Virus record (IMG/VR): IMGVR_UViG_3300037991_005359
Span: 1 to 39,028 of that record
Source of the DNA: a virus
Lineage: Duplodnaviria > Caudoviricetes
DNA: 39,028 bases
Strand: one strand, 5' to 3'
The position numbers were made by a program, and so were the translations under genes. Every line of letters starts with the position of its first letter. Position 1 is the stretch's first letter. The notes beneath the pieces were generated by a model that searched no databases, was not told where the DNA came from, and worked only from the letters and a program-made list of their open reading frames with translations. This document shows, in pieces, positions 32,101-37,964 of this stretch.

Positions 32101-33868
32101 TTTTGCGGACCAAAAAGAATTTTCACATCCATTTGCTGAAAAAGCTTTTCAATCTATGTTGGCAATTAACCATACAGCTAAAGCTTTTTCAATTGGATTA
32201 TCTCTCTTCCATCCATTTGCATTAATAGAATCTCTTATAGCTATTGATGGTCTTCAAGGTCTAGATATGAAAAATAGATACCCTGTAAATCATTTCTTTG
32301 ACCCATTCAGAACATTTAAAAAATTAAAAGAAGAGTATAATAAAACAATTGGCAAACCAGACTACGCTACTGAATGGGTTAATGCTGGACTTAATTTTGA
32401 TTTAGGTAAATCCGCTGATATTGATTACGCACAAGTTAATGAAGGTTTATTAAATCTTGGTAAAAGAATGGAACGAAGTAGTGTACTTCCATTTGTAGGT
32501 TTAGGAAAAGGATTTAAAGGTATTGCAAAATTAAAATGGGGTGCTGATAGATTATTGTGGGAAGTAATGTTACCTGCAATGAAAATGTATTCTGCAAATA
32601 GATTATTTGCAGTTGAATTTGCAAGACAAGAAAAATTAACAGGAACTGGAACTGTAAATGTACAAAAGTTAAGAGAAGATATTTCTGCTTATGTAAATGA
32701 TGCTTTTGGTGGTCAAGAGTGGGAACAATATTTATGGGCTAATCCTCGTACTAGAAAATGGCTACATTTATTTATGTTCGCTCCTGACTGGACATTATCT
32801 GCATTAAATATATCTGGTGTTACTCATATATCTCCAATACAAAAAGCATTAGGAAGTCCAACTAGTGAGTTACACGCAAGAAATAGACTTACTAGATACT
32901 GGGGTGCATTTGCTGCTATTGTTTTATTAGGTATTCCTAATTTATTCCAAGCTATTATATATGGAGTTGCTAAAGCTACTGGTGATGATGATGATGAGTT
33001 AGCTTGGAATACATTTGGTAATGAAGTTGGTCATAGATTGCAGGTAGATATTACTCCAATTACTGATGCGTTAGGACAAAAATATGGCAAAACTAGACAA
33101 AGAAGAATCTATTTAGCATGGGGTAAGCAAGCATATGAGGTATTTGGCTCAAAAGGGTGGCTTAGAGACCCTGTAGGAACTGCGACAGGTAAATCATCGA
33201 TTGCAGTTAAAACTGTCTTAGAACAAGGATTTGGGATAGTTAAGCCTGGTTGGAATGTAGCATGGGCTGATCATGGTTTTCTTGAATCTTTGATGGGAGT
33301 AGATGGAAACTTCTGGGATGGTAGAGTATCAGCTATTGTTAAAAAGTTTGTTCCTTTATCTTTAATGCCAGTTATAGATGGTATGGCTGATCCATTTAAA
33401 GCTAAGCCTACGGCTTTCTTTGCTCCTACTAAATTAGGCATGAACTCATATACTGCTACTAGAGAAATTGGTTCTGTAATGAGAATATATGCAGAAGGTG
33501 GTATGAAAGCTAATTTCAAAGGTATTGTTAATAAAGCTAAGTTAGAGGATTTAGTTTCTGAGATAGTAGATGCTGCTGAAAAAAATGGATATGATCCTAA
33601 AACAATATTCTCACAAGGTGTATCTTCTGCTAGATCTTTTTACTATGCAAAATTCTTTAATGCTATGGAAAAGAATGATGAAAGTAAAATGATTGAGATG
33701 GCTGGATACCTACAAAGACTAGAAGCATCTAGAAAACAATTTGCTCAATCAGTAGAAAGAAGACTTGACACACAAGGTAAAAAATTCGATGGTGAAGCTA
33801 GAGTCAAGTTTAATAAAGCTTGGTTTGGTGCATTCAAAAAGGCTGCACAAACAAATAAAAGGAGCTAA
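20153..33868 (+). CDS. Giant polyvalent virion protein with a two-barrel RNA polymerase, an LPD23-like domain and a zincin metallopeptidase domain
   Basis: 4571 aa. RNAP-like motifs: DAFDGQ (D at 25508), RVLVK (K at 25631), FPSGAK (K at 25745), RTRVP (R at 26498), GEDLDGDK (26615-26638). Other motifs: TGLYRWGVDGNWRYEID (~29247), LLHEIQHGIQH (HEIQH at 29624-29638), GEIEAR, and a Gly-zipper hydrophobic hairpin at ~20810-20950. Confidence 0.75.
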   Translation: MAIINNDPIGEDRANIDYADQIAAQLSAMNYFRSALLEADRDKSKQYNTFLAPEEEEKYQSWKRLASPIYGDIDESDYDFRGLYRETLGAVPDSVYKPATYRKPNNIEFTTDSIYHGRDGYQGGTYTQDGKFMVGSTTFYSDDELENFYTNKNITVDKSKELTQTERLRQALRDEDYDFSYVKSDIDAYQQAEKLGKKTIGEVIKESFDPAGDNVFGRIAGTTVGGAIGASLAAGLLGSNPVGWAGALLMAGGAALGATAGDGLAIWGSNKDERDIEEKMLRLQADDYDDPAERELAEQDVASWYNELNIERYREQGWGANVADIFLESLPYMSSFFVPGKALAVGGQKVLDNVTGKLVNIFNRTTKTGKRADPGFKAALKSGDFSKLELDEYPLQITKEQSKEILRAVRKDTSFAKGDSRAKAYRKGMEKAYNDNLQKVLKSKPVRLGISGAGTQVIQQPAIFDDLAQERLESFSVDDKGNFTFDETGMSDLAIKQASAYLAILVETVGFEYASKLVKATGIQNALKPAVESVVNSKAVKAIGRPGIRKGLDNFFNNNLLGKSLTGKTALMKDIAQKVQFGGVLEEASEEYIEMVASATLGLDKEQREQQGFSYAENLLDKVLFPVKYPAEASAILAAVAILPTAAAGVSAVRGDKLKEEYEKELGIIEKLLDLQKSGQFITAEELNKAVEDAEIFAGTVFNQEKNKKWFQRGLIGKVLQAGRHNDILVADGFGFKDSLDMVETIENRATQLVEESKDVNAPISELAARKKAISEIVSESIVVKLAVEAEGVTEKQARNILEELRKNNDIKPFKIQGEKGQFITGIGVKQTGPRKTVVQKFQISSKRRKELEKDPTIKKVLDSQGIITRGQTEASDAALSERTSLDTSEVDKLSTMINNKNTSPQVIKEQRNIAINSVKSQLNLTFGTTPATGGKGAIRTFDKRVENIVDQLASEKSDNPDLKVSIAPATVVEKMDEFGGRKFKDKTGVAVIQGTNLDNEIILSDLSTFDPQTDLIGTGARVVEEEALEVNYKASRGTKLNTFTNQLIGLTKNEAKNIIKSEESTEEEKIKAKITLGVLNNLSPFEAFINLTQAAYGDQSRFVDPNLSTAVEFIKSNSNLSSLLDQSVLTSFSGNRLAKLSSNMNPQSLQLAESLIQESTSKGRTAVEKFLETQPSKPLKKTKTGKTFPSRKIKKAKQEAIGEVKGQIVSGKLSEEQKVLAKKVLTVLEKEYDDPSGIETKRKAQIRKIHNQKRFQDVTYSVVTGEQSDGDQNLDPKKRKEENTGKDNTDLNFVSTYSDEFYDDKVSNAIVSERGSREGKAVIKNVRDSKWLDEALESEKAWNNFKSKTHRDSVKDLFKRIGENYTYKQVKRFQRLNKSNHIYRFFSVDLKGKIQFKNSIDMLAELITNVNDNNSNVDYRKASYEQLKKILTSEPTAEIVDELFSLLEEWTGISSEKLKDINQTFDNKIVSRMFEIDPNDLTDRKTSIIKNAIIKGADPGPGKSKNFGDQNSISRFIMESDLGSFRNSPMFTSVTGKQKAASRGDSHINFAAQEIFKMLGLNEEQIKNISYRYIMFLDGTGEAKTKHTEPENLRETQVIKIIKNVFNESANPPKDSLLRGLHKAAGQKVYYHQMGRFGEKGSMPFVLQKYYGNNKKDLLKEAKRAKARLDSFKSKDARDMFIDPVALVESFKNETVSKDEEVDAHYAINTINLMYAMHGDPSVYVMSESKKEGKSKDQIVAYNFLNLVARASQILTDGVAYRGPLKLIKIEDIPGFSNADIDAFDGQALLSDKKLKEIAEDLVIEDTDTLKAHISNVTNGKRVLVKVNWTNVELARETSPIMEKLAKYINQHDIDGVVFPSGAKYMDIETTDWQNDEVPKVLEFPEGNNLIVSQDLHHDNQATHEGFIPSQRVAHFAALNEDISFIINGSLRTINSPGLTAFDLRTEASEINLQQHKKKPKKVELGATANPDIIRAKANGEDVENDPRFISSLISSKLSAVKNLIRHSGKRTALQTLGEGDLKLAGYEEVVDANGNRIIKLARINANIRGVRYQSKGFKSKEKAIEHIKNNPLLYADMFYANEDGNPDFENVLEHEIDEIDGKFIIPGEIVERTRVPSGAYASHSFNRVMQPASKTYKTANIAVANDSVRIGMGEDLDGDKGFTLVLDRQFTEDGKIEFLFEIEADPKTPELTASSLNNRALMLEHMAWIHPDYFGHYNVKGDIPKDSFDKAINRSANEKLKDFKFGSVKGLGLASEVNYTRAKVIGTTAVYNTMFSALSLDTSSEKILTTDNPRKAYEREKYYVESPTSIDFTSYKTIKRLLDIVLNIALDDHKDPRLFFANITPETASIFATLVMTNVKKMNLGSENSTVKNTKAAKKVEEIIRLLQTAKIKIDKRTGKKRLEIKDEKFTKEITDFTKEAFHITRVLNAPYNTPSTVEELIKLIQAKYKIDNSDIINDLNPLIVLGKNTINEYEEIYINTPQHKILEQYHSIGDDLMAEYYAGEQLVPTLQNFEALSKMIILQSLYQVSGNEGLITEEYLDSQTDIVTKLINSKNNNKFLSRLEIKEGGEISLDERTSQKDLTQKDLEFLRSSFDRLTDEQKIALAVVAYKQFGTKTSAWGGNWITFLDLKTSKKINANNNKAVKLLSETDWVNNIGLAIEASLKLDLSTKEAESYVFWLGFEERKEREEEKKKTVSSSKLRGSNTGSLQDQATKRIEEVIPPSAKKHLEKERVKTRIATQFIGDGVENSSTDKFREMYEKLYFEKLRQGVANTGKYTAKDIIYVSSNGRRKNRVDPVINGELQGVYKNIDKAIKAGATIVMDTLEYLKKTKSYNIGEAALAKYLESKGYSRVGETGEWKPGTKQTTQETAQEKTKTFTASELIADQKLKLIASTMKELNPLVKERGTHSANEPAIATDNKGSINVTINPRTISADFVNNKTDGITFDTASDYGKYSIEKAKLEAEGMEEAAAKKAALKNINYKDRSGNKGATYSLLRASILDSQSDQIKIAEQLESEGADRIDIYEATGLYRWGVDGNWRYEIDSSKAKLTLNDNWFTNKFLKIGLDPNNAKILLSQRNPLPLKDVLDYPELYKIMPEIADLKVSFISSDTLPGSEAVGSFNRRTFQEKLIESEYDILIAVNRSEQELLGTLLHEIQHGIQHLSDTQSGTNIQKQQNIQKRKTRVRIDMLANKLIDKYGDEDNRNDYYNTTELAQFDIIVNMGDNADIIGDSLFKEYEQQLRVYDSYGNNLYLNEKAREGYYSNPGEIEARIAQLRVGMSKRQKQKEYPWETAATQLRDMGLLKTGITLDEYLESNKTLEDNRYELMMKHEASDASISVEKDARLELKEHEALNSSFSVEQVSPPKLIKAFKKAGINIPEQGSRLHYNTIHNAFMMKHRDTMMSLPKFPSSEPYYESSAQKASDVIKSIPSDISSLPGEIQAFIYKNYDKLGPEILPSLSSIESQNYLEAVDLIFDIKNKNDLHYDLIDSLVEYNAYIETISNVSEDKAPSIFLQTTRQNYGINEYEAMEYLVSSMADLELEGFDLSLNDIIGTPGRQYLAVEKIKESENFELLGKVKKAIRLVNGVPTKFGLNNGTIEQVKQPTEISYSLAYFPKLLDTASTMMPADRKYSTQEMRDALLFGTRQSKEIIRLGRMFARKLLRDTGSEVAIVDGKKIKRTAESDRRGKQLREALSIFLEHFDPKNPDNDSWRDVPVIEKDKAIAALETMGQDETFQEIAAKEFNTVGEIFDSWTFWTYKNAPHLLNVTNPLKLYSELNDILESQYNNLTNTSSYIGELWFAKRSNYVPHFYERQAQKYESKNQRERAKQEQGRKYNTYNDAWNEAGLIPETLDFGDLINKYSFETASVARNRLSVSAMAQVSDEDMLPMMLVEGIETMGVLTNEAAHVIANRLEKGMSFLKPDFKFKTPRNISGFERLSLMTKEINPAELGYEVIDTQYKSLKTVWVKKGEPKQLMNHIFADQKEFSHPFAEKAFQSMLAINHTAKAFSIGLSLFHPFALIESLIAIDGLQGLDMKNRYPVNHFFDPFRTFKKLKEEYNKTIGKPDYATEWVNAGLNFDLGKSADIDYAQVNEGLLNLGKRMERSSVLPFVGLGKGFKGIAKLKWGADRLLWEVMLPAMKMYSANRLFAVEFARQEKLTGTGTVNVQKLREDISAYVNDAFGGQEWEQYLWANPRTRKWLHLFMFAPDWTLSALNISGVTHISPIQKALGSPTSELHARNRLTRYWGAFAAIVLLGIPNLFQAIIYGVAKATGDDDDELAWNTFGNEVGHRLQVDITPITDALGQKYGKTRQRRIYLAWGKQAYEVFGSKGWLRDPVGTATGKSSIAVKTVLEQGFGIVKPGWNVAWADHGFLESLMGVDGNFWDGRVSAIVKKFVPLSLMPVIDGMADPFKAKPTAFFAPTKLGMNSYTATREIGSVMRIYAEGGMKANFKGIVNKAKLEDLVSEIVDAAEKNGYDPKTIFSQGVSSARSFYYAKFFNAMEKNDESKMIEMAGYLQRLEASRKQFAQSVERRLDTQGKKFDGEARVKFNKAWFGAFKKAAQTNKRS

Positions 33869-33871
33869 AAT

Positions 33872-34855
33872 ATGGAAAGAATAGATATACTAGAATCAAA
33901 TCTAAGTAAATTTCCTGATCTTCCAACACTTACACTTGCAAAAAAAATATACAAAGAACATCCAGAGCATTTCAATAATATAGAAAGTGTTAGAAATGCT
34001 GTTCGATATAGAAGAGGTAACATTGGAGAAGCAGCTAGGAAAACACTTGTTAACAAAACTCATAAAAGAAAGCCAGGTAAAGCTGGTTTTAAAATAGAAT
34101 TACCTGATAGTATTGCAGAACCATTTAAAGACTTTAAATTACCACAAGGTAAAACATTAGTAATGTCTGATGTTCATATTCCATACCATGATATGAAAGC
34201 TGTTGAAGCTTGTCTTGAGTATGCTGATAAATATAACCCTGACAGTATATTATTCAATGGTGATATTGCAGACTTTTATTCTATATCTAGATGGGAAAAG
34301 AATCCTGAAGAAAGAAATCTTTCTAGAGAACTAATGTTATGTAGGCAGTTTCTTTCTCATATGAGAGAACGTTTTCCTAAAACAAGAATACTATACAAAA
34401 TAGGTAATCACGAAGAGCGTTGGGAAAAATATATGTGGCTCAAAGCTCCTGAACTTTCTGGTGTATCTGACTTTCAAATATACGATATATTAGATTTTGC
34501 TAAATATGGTATTGAAGAAATCAAAGGTAAACAAAAAATAAAAGGTGGCAAACATCTTACAATTATACATGGGCATGAAATTTTTGGGGCTAATGCTCCT
34601 GTAAATTTTGCTAGAACTTTACAGACTAATTTAGGCGTTTGTACCATAGCTGGTCATAGGCATCAAACATCTGAACACGCCTTTAAAAACGCAGATAATA
34701 AGCACACACATTGTTGGTCCTTAGGTTGTTTATGTGATATGCAACCAGAGTATGCTGTATTTAATAAATGGAATCATGGATTTGCTACAATAGAATTATG
34801 TGGTAATGTATTCAATGTCGATAACAAAAGGATTATTGACGGAGAAATATATTAA
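33872..34855 (+). CDS. Calcineurin-like metallophosphoesterase with an N-terminal HTH-like extension
   Basis: All five motifs are present: SDVH, GDIAD, GNHE, HGHE, GHRH. Confidence 0.9.
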   Translation: MERIDILESNLSKFPDLPTLTLAKKIYKEHPEHFNNIESVRNAVRYRRGNIGEAARKTLVNKTHKRKPGKAGFKIELPDSIAEPFKDFKLPQGKTLVMSDVHIPYHDMKAVEACLEYADKYNPDSILFNGDIADFYSISRWEKNPEERNLSRELMLCRQFLSHMRERFPKTRILYKIGNHEERWEKYMWLKAPELSGVSDFQIYDILDFAKYGIEEIKGKQKIKGGKHLTIIHGHEIFGANAPVNFARTLQTNLGVCTIAGHRHQTSEHAFKNADNKHTHCWSLGCLCDMQPEYAVFNKWNHGFATIELCGNVFNVDNKRIIDGEIY

Positions 34856-35337
34856 TGAAACATATTGAGCCTCATAGTAAATTTGGTGCAAATATTAGAA
34901 AAGTTATTAATATGTGCGTCTGTTGCCAAGATCAGTATCAAGCTGGTATGGTTCCTTTAGGCTCTGCTAACTTTAAATATATATGTCCTGATTGCAATTT
35001 TGTTACCTTTGGATATGAACCAGATAGAAATGAAGATACAGGAAATATACATTGTCCAGATTGTAAATCAGAAAATGCTGCATGGATAATGAAAGAACTT
35101 ATTGAAGGAGAATTAGTCAAAGGCGGCTTTGGTATTTGTCCTAAATGTACTGGTAAATTAAGAAGTGATAGAATGGCTCTTATTGAAGTACTTGATGGTA
35201 CAGAAACTAGAACAGGCAAAATTTATTTTGTAAAAACTCCTCCATTCCTACAAGAATATTTCGATCAAGGTGAACGAATTGTTAATATAGAGAAATCGTC
35301 ATGCGAAAAAATTGGGTTGGGAAAGAAGTCAAAGTAA
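34855..35337 (+). CDS. Zinc-finger protein with four CxxC motifs
   Basis: CVCC, CPDC, CPDC, CPKC; TAATG coupling. Confidence 0.7.
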   Translation: MKHIEPHSKFGANIRKVINMCVCCQDQYQAGMVPLGSANFKYICPDCNFVTFGYEPDRNEDTGNIHCPDCKSENAAWIMKELIEGELVKGGFGICPKCTGKLRSDRMALIEVLDGTETRTGKIYFVKTPPFLQEYFDQGERIVNIEKSSCEKIGLGKKSK

Positions 35338-35528
35338 TTTGGTTAGATATTACTGCAGATGTTCATACTACAGATGCAATAAAACCTGAAGTCTCTACTA
35401 CTCTTGGATACGTTGAGTATCAAGATAAAACTTTTATAAGAATATTAACAACAAGATATACTGTATTAGATATAGCTGATAAAATTGCTATACCAATTGG
35501 GTGTATTAAAAAGATAGAGGAAATATAA
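35301..35528 (+). CDS. Small conserved phage protein
   Basis: VKVIWLDI...TLGY...IPIGCIKKI, a pattern recurrent in small phage beta-barrel proteins. Confidence 0.6.
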   Translation: MRKNWVGKEVKVIWLDITADVHTTDAIKPEVSTTLGYVEYQDKTFIRILTTRYTVLDIADKIAIPIGCIKKIEEI

Positions 35529-36149
35529 TTGAAGGTTTTAGTTGCTTGTGAATACAGTGGAACTGTAAGAGATTCTTTTTCTAATCTTGGTCACGATGCT
35601 TGGTCATGCGATCTACTTGAAACTGATGTTCCTGGTAATCATTATAAAGGTAATGTTATAGATATTATAAACGATGGATGGGACTTAATGATAGCTCATC
35701 CACCATGTACATACCTTACTAATTCAGGAGTTTGTCATTTACATAAAGATCCAAGAAGATGGATTGATTTGTTTGATGCTGCTGACTTTTTTAAATCTTT
35801 ATTAAATGCAAATATACCAAAGATAGCTATTGAGAATCCTATCATGCATAAATATGGTAAAAAACTTATTGGAGTAAATCAATCACAAGTTATTCAACCT
35901 TGGATGTTTGGTCATACAGAACAAAAAGCAACTTGTTTATGGTTAAAAAATTTACCATTGTTAAATGAAACAAATAATGTTAAAGACAAAATGATGTTAT
36001 TAAGTAAAAAAGAAAGACAACGTTTATATCATTTACCATCTTCTAAAGATAGATGGAAAATTAGATCTATTACTTTTAAAGGTATAGCAAATGCTATGGC
36101 AGAACAATGGGGTAAAAATATAACTAAGGAGGCAATGCAATGGAAATAA
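35529..36149 (+). CDS. Minimal C5-cytosine DNA methyltransferase-like protein
   Basis: KVLVACEYSG (variant motif I), SCD, IAHPPCTYL (catalytic PC, motif IV), IENP (motif VI), QPWMFG, KATCLW, IANAMAEQW. TTG start. Confidence 0.8.
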   Translation: MKVLVACEYSGTVRDSFSNLGHDAWSCDLLETDVPGNHYKGNVIDIINDGWDLMIAHPPCTYLTNSGVCHLHKDPRRWIDLFDAADFFKSLLNANIPKIAIENPIMHKYGKKLIGVNQSQVIQPWMFGHTEQKATCLWLKNLPLLNETNNVKDKMMLLSKKERQRLYHLPSSKDRWKIRSITFKGIANAMAEQWGKNITKEAMQWK

Positions 36150-36346
36150 AGTTTACACAAGGTAATCAATCAATGACATTAAAAACTGATGGTGAGTCAA
36201 TAGGAGACGCTATTGAATTAGCACAAAAAGTTATTGGCTGGGCATTTGAACAGGTAATTGAATTACAATTAGTTGAAGAAGAAGATAATAATATTTACTG
36301 CGAAGGAATTGAACCTTCAGAAGAACGAGAAATTGATGGGCTGTAA
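36140..36346 (+). CDS. Acidic hypothetical protein
   Basis: Strong RBS AAGGAGG upstream; 68 aa. Confidence 0.7.
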   Translation: MEIKFTQGNQSMTLKTDGESIGDAIELAQKVIGWAFEQVIELQLVEEEDNNIYCEGIEPSEEREIDGL

Positions 36347-36432
36347 TGATTAATGATCAAGATAAAATAATGATTTATGTTATATTAGGTATAACAACTT
36401 TATGTGCATTAGTTGATATAATCTTAAATTAA
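36346..36432 (+). CDS. 28-aa single-TM peptide, not in the ORF track
   Basis: TAATG coupling; MINDQDKIMIYVILGITTLCALVDIILN. Confidence 0.5.
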   Translation: MINDQDKIMIYVILGITTLCALVDIILN

Positions 36433-36475
36433 GAAAGGAGAATATAACTTTTTTTAAACGACATAGTTGATAACT

Positions 36476-36502
36476 AAGAGGGAGCTTACGCTCCCTTTTT
36501 TT
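36476..36502. terminator. Intrinsic terminator at the junction of the convergent arms
   Basis: AAGA-GGGAGC-TTAC-GCTCCC-TTTTTTT. Strong on the + strand, with a weak U-tail on the - strand. Confidence 0.85.
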
Positions 36503-36563
36503 ATTTGTCCAACTTAATTACTTTAACGTAAGTTGCACCTCTGTAGTTAAGAGTCACTTCCAT
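36501..36563 (-). CDS. 20-aa DUF4278-like peptide, not in the ORF track
   Basis: MEVTLNYRGATYVKVIKLDK. RBS GGGAG 6 nt upstream. The L-x-YRG-x-x-Y motif is typical of peptides downstream of glutamine riboswitches. Confidence 0.8.
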   Translation of the reverse strand: MEVTLNYRGATYVKVIKLDK

Positions 36564-36581
36564 GTCAATCTCCCATGTTAG

Positions 36582-36632
36582 TGCGTTCCTTCACTCACTA
36601 TGAGTTACTTCCGACCCAAAGGTTGAACGATC
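36582..36632 (-). ncRNA. Glutamine riboswitch (glnA motif / glutamine-I class)
   Basis: Minus strand reads GAUCGUUC-A-ACC-UUUG-GGU-CGGAAGUAA-CUCA-UAG-UGAG-UGAAG-GAACGCA. P1 is CGUUC/GAACG, followed by P2, the GGAAGUA junction, P3 and the GAA E-loop strand. Confidence 0.85.
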
Positions 36633-36661
36633 TTATTAATACCAATATATGAATATCAATT

Positions 36662-36754
36662 TCATGTAAAGTTTATAAGCATCTTACTTAAATAATAAAT
36701 AAGACCTCCCATAAATATTGCATACAAGAAAAACTCTATATCTTCCCAATTCAT
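36662..36754 (-). CDS. 30-aa single-TM peptide
   Basis: RBS AGGAG; MNWEDIEFFLYAIFMGGLIYYLSKMLINFT. Confidence 0.6.
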   Translation of the reverse strand: MNWEDIEFFLYAIFMGGLIYYLSKMLINFT

Positions 36755-36762
36755 TACTTCTC

Positions 36763-36867
36763 CTAATCGTCTGATAAAGATACCCAAATCATTATTACAC
36801 AAACTACAATCATTATTACAAAGCTAAGTTCAATAAGAGAGTCTGCACCTAATTTATCAATATACAT
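36763..36867 (-). CDS. 34-aa single-TM peptide
   Basis: MYIDKLGADSLIELSFVIMIVVCVIMIWVSLSDD; tightly packed between its neighbours. Confidence 0.5.
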   Translation of the reverse strand: MYIDKLGADSLIELSFVIMIVVCVIMIWVSLSDD

Positions 36868-36871
36868 TTGA

Positions 36872-37030
36872 TTAATTTAATAGAAATATATTATGCATTT
36901 TATTGCATGATATTTCTATACCTAACATTTCTGAAGCTTTTTGAAGAAGACTACTTCTATCTATTGGTTGATCAACCTTTACTATTACTTCTTTTTTCGT
37001 ATCACTATCAATTATCTTATACATAGACAT
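36872..37030 (-). CDS. 52-aa hypothetical protein
   Basis: RBS GAGGA; MSMYKIIDSDTKKEVIVKVDQPIDRSSLLQKASEMLGIEISCNKMHNIFLLN. Confidence 0.6.
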   Translation of the reverse strand: MSMYKIIDSDTKKEVIVKVDQPIDRSSLLQKASEMLGIEISCNKMHNIFLLN

Positions 37031-37060
37031 AAGTTTTCCTCATTGTTAATTGTTAAAAAA

Positions 37061-37088
37061 AAGCAGTTTAATCTCATACTTAGGAGAT
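37061..37088 (-). promoter_or_regulatory. Compact H-type RNA pseudoknot followed by a U-tract
   Basis: Minus strand AUCUC-CU-AAGUA-U-GAGAU-UAAAC-UGCUU-UUUUUU. Stem 1 is AUCUC/GAGAU and stem 2 is AAGUA/UGCUU. Confidence 0.5.
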
Positions 37089-37115
37089 GTGGTTAGTAGC
37101 AACGAGTAATGACTA

Positions 37116-37298
37116 TTAAACGAAATCTTTGTATTTTTTTATTATAGTTTCAGCTTTATATCTTTTATCTACTATAATTCCATTAGATTCAAAGTAACTA
37201 ATTAATTCTTTCTTACTCATATTTTCTAATATTACATTATCAGTAGATTCTTTGTCATCTATAAAAAATTTTTTTATTAAATAAATTAATCTATTCAT
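37116..37298 (-). CDS. Hypothetical protein with a HeH-like motif
   Basis: LENMSKKELISYFESNGIIVDKRYKAETII; overlaps the upstream gene's end. Confidence 0.6.
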   Translation of the reverse strand: MNRLIYLIKKFFIDDKESTDNVILENMSKKELISYFESNGIIVDKRYKAETIIKKYKDFV

Positions 37299-37677
37299 CT
37301 CGTTCCTTATATTTTAACTGTTTATTTTCTATATAGAAGTCTCCTATTCTAGCCTTCCAAATCATAGCTTTGCCGCCTCTAACCTTTTTTACTTTACGCC
37401 AGGACCATAACTCTAATGGTGCGTGTTCCAACCATTTCATTACAATCTCTTCTAAATCCATTATTTTATTAATATGACCAGACCAGTCTTGTCCTGTAGA
37501 TTGTATAGCTATGATTCCATCTTTAGAATCAATAGCTATTATATCTATAAACCCAAATAGATCTTGTCTTATGCCAAATTTACCTCCGTATTGTTGAAAC
37601 TTTTCAACAATGCCACATATTCTGCCTTGATTTCTCATTGCTTTTAATGTTCTTTGTGTCGGTGATATACCAGCCAT
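37291..37677 (-). CDS. PD-(D/E)xK nuclease, putative Holliday junction resolvase
   Basis: SPTQRTLKAMR..G....IVEK...RQDLFGFIDIIAI...IAIQST, in a replication context. Confidence 0.7.
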   Translation of the reverse strand: MAGISPTQRTLKAMRNQGRICGIVEKFQQYGGKFGIRQDLFGFIDIIAIDSKDGIIAIQSTGQDWSGHINKIMDLEEIVMKWLEHAPLELWSWRKVKKVRGGKAMIWKARIGDFYIENKQLKYKERDE

Positions 37678-37964
37678 TATTCAATCCTTTGGTTGCAAGC
37701 ATAACATCTGTATACTTTGCCTTTTTCATTGTCAACATGATTAAGTGTTCTTTTATCTTGGGCAAAATCAAAGTGTTCTTCAACAGCTTCTTTTATTTGC
37801 TCGACAATATCTGGTCTTTTAAAAATTAATATTGTCATTACTTTATCTAAAACATGAGCCTCCCATTCAGGAGCTGGAGATAAACTTTTCTTACCAACCA
37901 TGTCTGTAAATCTAGAACACATACCTTCATAAACAATTTTATTTGCTTTTGATTTATTTTTCAT
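37677..37964 (-). CDS. Hypothetical protein
   Basis: 95 aa, translationally coupled on both sides, C-terminal CYAC. Confidence 0.6.
   Translation of the reverse strand: MKNKSKANKIVYEGMCSRFTDMVGKKSLSPAPEWEAHVLDKVMTILIFKRPDIVEQIKEAVEEHFDFAQDKRTLNHVDNEKGKVYRCYACNQRIE

Noticed and set aside
20153-33868. N4/T7-type single-subunit RNAP or an intein in the giant protein
   Set aside because: No convincing DxxSG / Rx3Kx7YG / HD(A/S) motif set and no intein splice-junction or LAGLIDADG motifs were noticed; the motifs fit a two-barrel enzyme instead.
171-35219. Many short minus-strand ORFs under the + strand genes (e.g. 4772-5059, 12592-12900, 31000-31470, 33865-34056)
   Set aside because: They lie antisense to long, well-supported genes, have shadow-like composition and no recognisable motifs.
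36433-36475. Orphan AAGGAG RBS-like sequence
   Set aside because: No usable start codon or ORF follows before the terminator.
36433-37115. tRNA genes in the ORF-track gap
   Set aside because: No cloverleaf with D and T-loop consensus was found; the gap is explained by micro-ORFs, the riboswitch and the pseudoknot.
37638-37829. + strand 63-aa ORF
   Set aside because: Antisense shadow of coupled minus-strand genes.
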